A DNA stretch of 64,000 nucleotides from Schmidtea polychroa. Lineage: Eukaryota. Location of the stretch: contig CM097885.1 in assembly GCA_044892525.1 (NCBI GenBank), positions 24,492,001 to 24,556,000 on the forward strand, read 5' to 3'. Shown here piece by piece: positions 11,128-39,336 of this stretch. The notes below the pieces were generated by a model. It was not told the origin of the DNA. It worked only from the letters and a program-made list of their open reading frames with translations, and ran no database searches. How positions within the stretch are numbered: the first letter of the stretch is position 1; the number at the start of each line of letters is the position of its first letter. The position numbers and the translations under genes were made by a program.

Positions 11128-12676
11128 ATCTGCAATGATAAAAGAGGCATTTAGAACGACTCCTGGCTCTTCCAACTACGGGGTTATTTCAATCCGTCTG
11201 AATATGCCTTCAAAGTTACATTCTAATCTGATGTGCATTTCGCCCAATCGACCATATTCTTTGTATGCGGTTTAGTTTAAATTATGAGCTACTTTTCGTA
11301 ATCGCTTTTATACCCCCTTCTACTAGCTTTAGTCGACTCTACCACCTTGCTTTAGGTTCGCGTACTAGAAATCCGAGTTTTATCATCCTAGTTTTCACTG
11401 GGTCGATAGTCCAAATGGATGACTTAACCTTAACGAAATTTTTACGAAATAACTGTAAAGTCACTCTCGTCAATTTAATAGTCAATACCATAAAAGGGTA
11501 ATTTATGAATTAAATCCAAAAATTAAGTATTAATAAAATAAATCAAACGTCGCTACTACAGATTGAATAATTAATATAAAAAAAATTTGATTTATATTTT
11601 ATAAATTCAATATTAAACTATCTGTTGTTTAAGTTAATTAAACAAAAATATTTTATTTGTTAATTTGATGAGTTAACTTTCACAAGGAAATCCGTTATTT
11701 ATGGAGTTATTAGAATTTGGCTGCTCTAACCCACTATGGGAAGTGGATGTCGCGAAGGGTATGAATTTGTATTCAGCTCTTTGTGAATCCCTGACCATAG
11801 TGGTTGTAAGCGGCTCTTTCCTCAGCTGGTGCTCGATAGTAAGTAGAAGTTTTTATCTGTCGTAGTTGTATAATTTCAGGAATGGGTCTCTAATCCCTCG
11901 GTGTTTTGTATTTCAATCATCCACCGTATTGGAGCTATTACTGTTTAATGGAATCTAAAGCATGGCTATACTCCCAATTCGTGGCCATTTAGGGAAAGAT
12001 TTTTGGAATTTCATGGTTGTTTCATGATTTTATTGATCTATGCTACATGAATTTAAAGTGAAAATTGGGACTCGAGTTTTTCTGAGTTGTCCCCTTCTAG
12101 ACACTCCTTAATATTACCAGTAAGATTCCTTTTGTGATTAGAATAGTTTTGTAAACAAAAATTTTTTGATTTTATTAAATACATTTTCGCTTTTGTTGAT
12201 TCCTATTTAAGTAATTTTGTTTGACGTAAATTAATACTTATCGAGTAATTTTGTCAACTTCTCATGAGAACCTATATAGTTAGAATCACGACTGGTTATT
12301 ATTCCTTACTTTTGGTCCTATTGAGTGGGTATTCCTATTCAGAACTCACTTTCGGGGACCAGGCTCCGTGGCTTACACGCGATCTACTTCTGGGGTAACA
12401 AGGGTTAAATTCGCATGGGTGAGATAATTTTCATCGAAAGATTAGAGTTTCGACTGACATGGTCGATGGCGATTGGCTCGTGTAGGGGAGAGTAGGTGCC
12501 ACCTATCCGGTCAGTTAGGAGTAGTTCGTAGGGGGTAACCCTTGGTTTGCGGGGTTGTTACTAATAATAGAAGCGGTATTATTGGTCTAACTTTGTTATG
12601 AGGGGAAAAAAATCGATACTGTCGGTTTCGAATTTTCCTATTAATAGTAACGTGCTATTGATAATCATGTTACTAA

Positions 12677-12732
<56 letters not shown>

Positions 12733-12748
12733 TTAAGGGTAATAATAA

Positions 12749-12780
<32 letters not shown>

Positions 12781-12965
12781 AATTAATAGTATTAGTAATG
12801 ATAATAATAATGGTAATGATAATAATAATGATAATAACAATAATAATTTTTAATAATAATGATTATAATAATAGAAATAGTAATAATAGTGATACATTAC
12901 CAATAATAATAATGATAATACTAATAATAATAATAATAATAACGATAATCATAATCGTAACATTA
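12677..12965. repeat. Degenerate (TAA)n microsatellite inside copy B
   Basis: Visible TAA tract; source of the poly-I ORFs. Confidence 0.9.
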
Positions 12966-13389
12966 AAGATAATCCAATAGCAATGCTAATAATGGCAATA
13001 ACGATAAGGTTAATCCTGATAAGAAGTGTAAGTTTTATGCAGTGGGTAATAAATGTATAATTCAGGGGGGGGGGGGTGTTCATGAAATTATTAGTTTACC
13101 ATTTTACCGACTAAGTATATATTGAATAGGTTACTTTCAGATATCAGTACAATAGATAATGAAGGTAGGATTCAGGGGGGGGGGGACGTTTATGAATATT
13201 TATAAATTAGTAGTTCCATATTATATAAGCTAAATATATATAAAAATAAGTGAATCTAGGACAATTAGGTAAATATATAACATAGAGGCTAATTACGTAG
13301 ATTTATCATTTTGACATTTTGTAAGTTAATTATATATCAGAATAAATTAGGATTTTTAGGTACTGGACGGTAAGTATATAATTCAGAGG

Positions 13390-13850
13390 ATCGTCTTATG
13401 AGAATTCATAAACTATCATTTTTACATTTTATAAGTAAATATAGATATCAACATAAGGTAGGATATTTATGCATGAAATTTTACAAGCTATCATTTTAAT
13501 ATTTTATAAGATAAATATATACCTCAGAATAAGTTAGGATACTTATGAATGAAAATTTACTATCATTTTAATATTTTATAGGATAAATATATACATCAGG
13601 ATGAGTAGTGCATTTATGAATAAAAATCTACAAACTATCATTTTAATATTTTATAGGATGAAGATACACATCATAATAAGTTAGGGTATTTATGAATGAA
13701 AATTTACAAATTATCATTTTAATATTTTATAGGATAAATATGCGTCAGAATAAGTTAGGATATTTATGAATGAAAATTTACCAACTATCATTTTAATATT
13801 TCATAAGATAAATATCTATACCAGAACCAGTTAGGATATTTATGAATCGG
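13390..13850. repeat. Tandem minisatellite, about 74-bp unit, about 6 copies
   Basis: Recurring TATTTATGAATGAAAATTTAC...CTATCATTTTAATATTTTATAG near 13465, 13540, 13613, 13688, 13761; a related array lies in copy A at about 7140-7560. Confidence 0.8.
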
Positions 13851-14867
13851 ACAATAAATATATAATTCAAAGAACCATTTATGAAACCAGGTAAGTTGTA
13901 CATATTCCAGTTGGGTTATAACCATGAACTGGTGATTCGACGACTTTACGACATTGGTAAGAAAGGTTGCCTTTTAAATTTAATCTGCTGATTTATGCAA
14001 TTTCGTACTGATGATAATGACACACTCTCTATGGAGATAACGAGAAAAGGGTGGTGAGGATAATGATAATAATTCTGGGGGTGATATTACTATTAAGGCA
14101 AAATGGAATTCCAATACCCATAAGGTAAGGATAAAGACTTGTAATTAATATATCATTGAACGTGATTAGATTATCTTTAAAATCGAACATAATTATGAAT
14201 AATATCAATAAAATCTAATAACAATAGTTAATATTTAGCATATTGAATGATAGTTTGTGCAATTAGCCGACTACTTGATAACTTTTGTGATAAATTGAGT
14301 CTGGGATCTTTCCCGTTTAGCTGTTTCTAATGATGTATTTCCTATAGAATATTTGAGTGTGTACTTTAGATGTGTCGTTTACCGGAAGGTCGAATTAATT
14401 AAAATTTTCCTACTTTCCCGATTCAACTGAATACGGTACGATAGGCCTTATTGTAATATGTTTCCCGCGATTACTTGCCCGCATTTTATTTCGTCCGCAT
14501 AGTCCCTGCGACTATGCCAACTACCTGGATGGATTTACCGCCCTACTCCTGGTTAGAAACCATTTGTTCGTGGCGACCTTCCGGTTAAAAAATTGAAATT
14601 TAGTGCATGTGGGGTCGTAGACCCGTATCGTGCATGTGAATTAGTTATTGGAAACAAGGCTGATCAGCGTCGTGGATGTAATCCGCTCACGACGACGCTG
14701 GTCACTCTTGTTGTGAATAATCGGATCATAATAAAAAGGTGACAAAAATTAGAATCATTATAATATATCATAAAAATGAATAATAGTTATACAATAAATA
14801 TACCATCCTTACTTTCAATATGGTTCGAAAATTCGGCAGAAAAATTTTTTGGCATACAAAAATATCT

Positions 14868-15275
14868 GAATTGTGACGAAAATGCGTCGGTATATATACC
14901 TATTTTGTACACGTGTATGTATTGACGCATTAAAACAAACTCGAATTCTTTTTATTCCAGAACTTTCTATTTTGTAATTTTGATATTTTTAATGGCGATT
15001 TTTGCGTCATAATTTTTATTTTTATTTTTAAAATTTTATTTCCTAAATATTTTTTGCTAATTTTTCCTCCATGATGGATTTGGAACGGTTCCAGAAAATT
15101 CCATATTACTTTTAATTCAAGTTTTATTTTTAACTGATATTTTACGAATTTCTTTTTTAAGAAATTTTATTTTTAATACTAATTTATTTATTTTTCTAAA
15201 TTTTATTGTTTAAGGTAGCTTTTATGATGGTCATCGCCATTTTTATGGAATGTTCTGGGTTTTTCTGGAATTTTT
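14868..15275 (-). promoter_or_regulatory. Putative promoter of copy B: heat-shock elements, E-box, TATA box
   Basis: TTCcaGAAaaTTC (15089-15101), TTCcaGAActTTC (14955-14967), CACGTG (14910-14915), TATATATA (14891-14898). Confidence 0.6.
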
Positions 15276-15586
15276 TGCTATTTTTACCATCTTTTAAGTT
15301 ATTCGAGTTTGTTTTTTGTAACTCTGTGTTTATTTGGCTATTTTGAGTTAGATTTTGCATAACTTCTTGTTTTTGTATAATTTTATTTAATTTCTGTGTT
15401 TTAGGTTTTTGTTGTTTTTTCCTTTAATTACTATGGGTTATTTGGTGTAGTTTTAATATTTAACTATACTTTTTGCTTTTTTGCATGCTGTGTACCTACA
15501 CATTTCGGTCACAATTAGAAATTTGGGTCTAGAAGTCAGTTCTAGCCCAACACTGTGTAAAGTGTCCTGATTTTTGTATTATAGAA

Positions 15587-15952
15587 ATGTCTCATTCTGA
15601 CGATTACAGCGATGGTGAAGCCTGCAGGTAAATGATAACGCGGCTCCGGACCCGGTACATCTGGTACCGGATTCATGATTGGAACCGGGGGCTGGACTTG
15701 GATAATTACGGCCCGGTTATCCGGAGTGGCCCAGAGCCCGACGCACTGGCGTGGATGAAGACGGAGCCCACTAACGACTTGCTACGAGAGGCCCGCGATC
15801 GAGCGGCTATCGCAGTGGAAGCTGCCCAAATGCGGCTGAAGAAAATCGAGCTCCAGCTCAGGGCGTAAAAGGAAGGAGTGCCGCTAGAAGAGCTGGAGGA
15901 TGCAGAAGCGCCCCCACGGAAGCGAGGGAGGCCCCGTAAGAGCGCAGCATAA
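15587..15952 (+). pseudogene. Element ORF1, copy A (premature stops)
   Basis: Protein nearly identical to copy C ORF1, with in-frame TAA near 15629 and at 15866; ends RKRGRPRKSAA. Confidence 0.8.
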
Positions 15953-16215
15953 CCCACCAACAATTTCTCTTTATTTATGACTCGAATTGAAATATTTGAC
16001 TTGTTTTAATTGGTGATATTTTTTTTGTTATGTTTGTAGTTCGTGCAATAAATTATTTCTTTGTCAAATTATTGGCTTTATAGATTATGGTGTATTCTGG
16101 TGATTTAAGCGACCCCTTTTTCGACACCCAACTAATAATTTTATGATGAGAATAAGCAAATCACCTTTATGTGCATGGAAGTCAGTCATAGAATTTTATT
16201 ATTGTCTTCATTCAG

Positions 16216-16714
16216 TGTTCAAATTACTCGAAAATTTACGCAAGGACCGCGAGCAGGCCCAACAACAAGCCGAAGACCTCCGAGGCCGAGTCGAGAAACT
16301 CAAAATGAAGTGCCGAGAACTCGAGGGCACTTGGTTCAGTCCGACCGAGTCAAGAAACTCAAAATGAAGTGCCGAGAACTCGAGGGCACTTGGTTCAGTC
16401 CGGCCGAGATGAAGAAACGAACGGCACACATCTTGCAACTCCAGACCCAGGTGGAGCAGGATCAACTGGAAATACGGGCACTGAAGTTACAAGTGCGCAC
16501 GCTCGAGGTCAAGCTGAACGAAAGGTTCATTCAGGACACTCTCCGAGAGCAGATTCGCCCATTACCCGTGGAGCTGGCCAAGATATACCCACCGGCCCAG
16601 GCAAGCAAGCCGAAACGCAAACGGCTAGGGCGGAATACCCGAGAAAAGTTGAAAAGGGCCTGGCTGGCCGAACAGGAAAAGCTAAGAGAGTCCGAGGCCG
16701 CCCCACGATCCTGA
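16216..16714 (+). pseudogene. Element ORF2, copy A (frameshifted by a 59-bp tandem duplication)
   Basis: AGAAACTCAAAATGAAGTGCC...GGTTCAGTCCG occurs at 16294 and 16353; otherwise matches copy C ORF2. Confidence 0.8.
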
Positions 16715-17133
16715 AGGGTGATTGAGAGTGCGACCCCTCCTGGGTAAAACGGATACCGTAACATTGTGATGTCTAAATAAATAATTTTCACCATCTGATG
16801 TGTATGTGGTTGAATCTTATGATTGTTGAGAACAAGGCGGTTGACATAAGAGTGTTTGGGAAAGCAATCTCGATAAGGGACCGAAGTAAATCGGACACAT
16901 GCCTTCTAACGGCGTCCGTGAACCCATAGAGTGCTCGACAATTATAGTGCTCTTAACGCGCTCACTTTTTGCGAGTACTCAACCCCTTGGTACAGTACCA
17001 ACGTTGATTACTCAACGGGTACCAGGCGGAAAATAACGTTGTATTCTGGGTTACGCTGGTAACAGCACTAGATAAGAATTATTCGACCACCTGTAACCCA
17101 CCACAAGCTTTGTGATATCCATTGCAAATCCCA

Positions 17134-17175
17134 ATAGTAGACTAGTTTCAAGCATTTGGCTCTCATCAGTACTAT
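17134..17175 (-). ncRNA. Minimal type I hammerhead ribozyme
   Basis: Minus strand reads ATAGTA CTGATGA GAGC-CAAAT-GCTT GAAA CTA GTC TACTAT: 6-bp stem I, intact CUGAUGA and GAAA core, 4-bp stem II, palindromic ACTAGT stem III, GUC cleavage triplet. Confidence 0.85.
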
Positions 17176-18099
17176 GCAAAAGACGCGAAGATTTCTCTTC
17201 ACACCAGGTATACAATATAGCTGATTCAACTCTATTGCATATTTTACCTGATACACTGGAAATCACATCACTTGCAAATTCGCTAAATCACAGAAAAAAT
17301 ATTTATTCCAGTGAACCCGTATATTTCCTGGGCAAATTTGAATAATTCATTCCCTTAATCCTAGTATCGAAAAATAGATGGAACACCTATAGTAAATTGA
17401 GTTAGTGTCTTCTATTAACACCTTGAATCATAAGAATCCGCAACTTGTTTTCAAATTTCACATAGTATCAACATTAATTGTGAATGGTGTGGTTTAGTTG
17501 TATTGCATTTTCATTGAATGTTCTAACTGTTAAATTTCGAGCCATGTGAATAATTACGAGATTGAACTACGTTAGTAGGCAAGGCGTCAAATATAGGTCA
17601 ACAACTACAACCCCACAATTCTCTTTTGTCCTTCCCTTAATTAATTAACTCCATGGTTTTGCCCTCCCTAATATATTACCATCTTGTTTTAATGGCGTTT
17701 TATATCAATTGTATATTTTCGATTTTTATGTGTGAACTGAAATGGTTGTTATTTTCAAAACTAGTATCTATGCATGTAAACTTAAATAAATTTATATGTT
17801 AATAGGTCAGGTACTTATTGAACGCGCATCGAGTGTACGATTTGTAAATAAATTTAATTTAAAATTAAATCTAATTTATGAAAATTTATCATTTAGTTTT
17901 GTATTTCAAAATTTTTAATGTTATTTTGAGTTTCATTATTTTTCAAATGAAAATTTTTTCACATTATTATATTTCTTAAACATTTATTATTTTGTTATAA
18001 TATAGATTTAAAATAGCGGTATTTTAATTTCATGTAATTTCGATCTTATATTTTTCGTGTTCCATTTGTATTAAAATCATTTAGATTTTATTTAAAAAT

Positions 18100-35462
<17,363 letters not shown>

Positions 35463-36114
35463 TACTTATCAATGGAATTTATTTTATGAAACATTTTATT
35501 TATATTGTTGATTAATAAATTGGTTTTTTAAAATTGTTTTATTTTTTTTTTTAAAAATATCAAATTTTAAAATTATATTGTTATCAAATTCCTAATTCGA
35601 TCAATCATAAAAATAATATTAATATATAAGTCAATTCCTGAATTATTAATTAAATGTTACCTGGAAATATTTCTTTTTCCAATTCATCCCAATAAAGATA
35701 AAATGTAGAATGCAATAGGGTAAAAAGCACATATGGAATCTTTTTCGTTAAATGATATGCAATTTCTACGCTCCCAATTCCCAGGCAAGGTAATAAAATC
35801 TTTACATATATGGACTCCTGTAAGGAAATACGGAGCACAATAATCAAGTCTTGTGAAATATTATACTGTATTGTGATATATTATATAAGGACGGCTTTGT
35901 ATTTTTTGTATATCACTATGGTTCGACCTCACTGAAGTCTAGTCATCGAAAAATGATTAAAATATTACTAATAAAATTTAATTTCTTGGCATTATTTATA
36001 CCCATCTAATGACATATATTTCCCTAAGAACGTGTAATACTTGTTTGGCGGACGATATAATTGTTGCGCTGCAATTCAACAAGCCGAACTTACAATCCAT
36101 CATAAATTGATCTA

Positions 36115-36274
36115 CCGTATATACTCGCGTATAGGTCGACTTATAAGCGGGTCAAAAAACGTACAAATAAACTGTTAATTAAGTCATTATATGAAGTCTT
36201 CTTTTTTTATTTTTGTTACTTCGACTTATAAGTGGGTTTCCAATGTACTAGACTTATACGCCAGTATTATACGG
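36115..36274. mobile_element. Tc1/mariner-type MITE
   Basis: Imperfect TIRs CCGTATATACTCGCGTATA / TATACGCCAGTATTATACGG with TA flanks. Confidence 0.8.
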
Positions 36275-36573
36275 TATTTGTTTTCACATATCTTCATTAT
36301 TGTAGACGAACATGCAAAAGCATTTTTCAGTTTGTTAGATTAAATATTTTGAGTACTCAATAATGAAACTAAAAACCATTCACAAAACTAGATCAAAATT
36401 TATCACTAGTATTACCAGCCAGTTTTTTCTACAAAAAAAATAAAACCAGATTGATAATTTTAATAATCTACATTCAGTGAACACGAATTTGAAATACTTT
36501 GTAATTTAATAATTAATGTTTATCAATAAAAAACAATAAAGAAATAAGAATCCAAAATATTTATTAAAACGAT

Positions 36574-37367
36574 CTATAAGAATTTGGCGTGTTCATCGAA
36601 TGGATATTGAGTACTTGGTGCTACATTCCATAATTCGGGTGACAAGTATTCATAGGTTTTCCTAATGGCCATGTATGTTGCTTTAGCTAAAAATAGTAAT
36701 AATTAATTACCTTATTTAAATAATATAAATTATTACCAAAATTTTCTAAAGTTGCAGTTTGCCCATTAGCACTAGTATAAACATCTTGAATACCAGCCAT
36801 ACTTAACAGTTTCTTTGTAACTGGAGCTCCGACAATTCCTGTACCTCTTGGGGCTGGAATAAGTCTGACACTTACAGATCCACATTTTCCAGTAACCTTT
36901 GATGGCACGGTGTGAGTGTCACCAATTTTGTTACCCCAATATCCTTTTCTTACGGGAATAACTGAAAGTTTGGCTTGGATAATTGCTCCTCTAATTGCAG
37001 TTGCAACTTCTTTAGCACATTTAACTCCAAGTCCAACGTGACCGTTATTATCTCCAAGAGCAACAACAGCCTTAAATCGAGTTCTCTGGCCAGCACGAGT
37101 TTGTTTTTGAACTGGTTTAATTGAGAGAACTTCGTCTTTTAAATCAGGTAAAAAGTGATCGATGATTTCAGCTTCTTTAATTGGTAAACTGTAAATGTAG
37201 GTGTCTTCCAAACTCTTAACCTTTCCAGCTTTAACCAATTGACCCAATTTAGTGCAAGGTTCCCATTCCTTTGAATCTTTTTCTCCTCGTCCTCGTCCAC
37301 GTCCTCGACCTCGTCCACGTCCCCTTCGACCTCTGCCAAAACTTGTTCTTGCTGGTACTGTTGACAT
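36574..37367 (-). CDS. RPS2: 40S ribosomal protein S2 (uS5), two coding exons 37367-36737 and 36686-36574
   Basis: RG-rich N-terminus, [28 protein letters not shown]; a 50-bp GT-AG intron restores NFAKATY...FDEHAKFL*. Confidence 0.97.
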
Positions 37368-38559
37368 CTAATTATAACTATTTATAGTAATTATTCATTT
37401 TATTTTGTAAATCACTTACTTCAAAATATAATATTTAACATAAATTCAATAATTTAAACAAAGTTTGATGATAGATATTTTTTAATAAAATTATTTTAAA
37501 GTCATTTTTTTTTAATATTATAATTGTAATGTAAATTATTTTAAATACAAATTTTTTTTTAAATTTTCAATATTTAATAGCATAATTTCAGCATTTTATA
37601 TTTTAAAATTATTCAACTTACAAATGAGGTTTAATAATTTATCATAAAATTGAATTTAAATGCTTTTAAAATGTTAAAAAATATTTCGAAACTCGTTATC
37701 ATTAATTAAATATTCTAATTCCATTAAATAAAAATTGAAAGATATCAATTTTTAAAACATTAATAATGTGATTTTTCAAAGATTTAAATATTAAAAAAAT
37801 ATTTTAAACATCTAAATATTCTAAAATACAAAATAATTAGAAAGTAATAAGTCAATAATGAACAATGATTAAAATTTGAAACTGGTTTTAAAAATATTAA
37901 CTGATATTTAAAAAATTATCATAATATAATTTTAAAAATTAAATGGTTTAGATTTTCGAATGACTTATTGTTCAAAATAAAAATTTTAAGGCGTTTCGTA
38001 AAAAATTCACTGAATATGGGAAAAATAACAGTTTCCTTCTATCACTTCTACTCAATATTTGTATCTCGTTTTCTATTCCACTAATTTACCCACAGTCTAC
38101 CAAAAATTCAATCTATAAATTTAAGTTCTACCTAAATTGCTTTTTTGTGCAAAACCACTCTTTTAACTCATTTAGTTGCTCTTATGATCCAATTTAACAA
38201 TTGAACGTTGTGCTATCTAATCCAATTATTTTCTTAAATATAGAATCCCCTCGAAGTTCCCTCGAAGCGATTGTCTTAGTATTTTCATTAGTTGTTTAAA
38301 TGTTCTACTATGATACATATTTGCTTCATAACATTCAGCACAATTTTTTATTACAGTTAACGTTTTCTCAAGCTCAAAGGTATTTTAGTCAGTTTTGGTA
38401 ATACCTCAATCAATTTTTGAGAATTTACTTCTAGCGAAAAGTCGGCACAACATGACAAGGAAAAAAACAGGGCATATCTCGACATCTGTCAGAGATAAGG
38501 TTGACGTAGCTGGCAATACAGGGGAAAATGAAAATGGAAAACAAAATCTGCAAAATGAC

Positions 38560-39336
38560 CTACGAAATGGTAAATTAAGTTCAGCCATTTTCAAAATAAT
38601 TTGCGTTACTCTTTCAAATACGTCACGCCAATGTTGTTTTTCATTCTGCAAAAGCCGTTCATATTCTGCATTGATGGTTTTATTTAATAGTTTTTTTTGA
38701 GAAGCTCCGACCAATCATTAAATGATCTTAAGTGGAAGAAATTTTTCTCATGATTATTAATGGCATAACTCAAATTTTTCCAACCATTATAGGCTGTAAC
38801 AAACTTTGTGCTTAATGAAGAAAATAATTTACAACAAAAACAGTAAATTTTATCTTCCGAAACAGAATAAACGAGCCATGTCCTTTTAATACGTTCTCTA
38901 TTTGATAAAACCAACTATAAATGTTTCGATGAAAAATGTCTCTCATTTTCATCTACAGGATATGAAAAGTTATTAGGAATATCTATGGGGCCTTTTTCCA
39001 CAATGATTTGCTTAATTTGGTTTGACAATACCTTCAGCCATTTGGCAGGATTGAAATCAACATCCGTATCTACTTTATCGTTGGCTTCCTTCTCCTTCTC
39101 ATGTGATGGTAATATTGCATCTGGTAATTGGTTTTCAATTTAGCTTTGATCAACAGGAAAATCAACTGTTAGTGAATCATCAGCTGCCATTGGAATATTG
39201 GAACAACTTTCTTGGTTTTTATGACTTCCCAGAAATTTTTCCAGCCCGCTTTTTGTACTTGCAGTTCCTCAGCTTTCTTAGCTCGCTTCTTTTTGTAGAA
39301 AGCTCCAGATTCCCTATTTGTTTTTCTATCCGACAT
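38560..39336 (-). pseudogene. hAT (ZMYM1-like) transposase N-terminal relic
   Basis: RTWLVYSVSEDKIYCFCCKLF...NHEKNFFH (TTF-type zinc finger) and ILKMAELNLPFR (DUF4371-like); frameshifts and stops; truncated at a repeat related to 27.9 kb. Confidence 0.8.

Larger units (their letters stand above)
9430..15552 (-). mobile_element. Two-ORF TG...CA element, copy B (complete, 6123 bp)
   Basis: Termini TGTTGGGCTA ... TAACCCACCA (imperfect 10-bp inverted repeat); 4-bp TSD CTGT at 9426-9429 and 15553-15556; removing it restores colinearity of A with C. Confidence 0.9.
5387..17103 (+). mobile_element. Two-ORF TG...CA element, copy A (5387-9429 plus 15553-17103), interrupted by copy B
   Basis: 5' about 700 bp matches the copy B 5' end; 8600-9429 and 15553-17103 are colinear with copy C; 3' end GTAACCCACCA is shared by all copies. 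Its 5' tip is degenerate and it has no matching TSD of its own. Confidence 0.85.

Noticed and set aside
9809..11275. Plus-strand ORFs opposite ORF1/ORF2 (likewise 15706-16794 minus and 62246-63252 plus)
   Set aside because: Antisense shadows of GC-rich coding sequence; the synonymous substitution pattern supports the other strand.
13390..13850. Regularly spaced repeats as a CRISPR array
   Set aside because: Whole units are repeated with no unique spacers, there are no cas genes, and the context is eukaryotic.
5388..15545. 700-bp inverted repeats as TIRs of one 10-kb DNA transposon
   Set aside because: Better explained as the 5' ends of two family members nested in opposite orientation; the CTGT TSD and colinearity with copy C define the real units.
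15950..15959. Internal TAACCCACCA identical to the element terminus at the ORF1 stop
   Set aside because: Not conserved exactly in copies B or C; probably chance.
17603..17621. ACTACAA-type (ZNF143/Ronin-like) promoter motif upstream of Vps34
   Set aside because: Imperfect match and no independent support.
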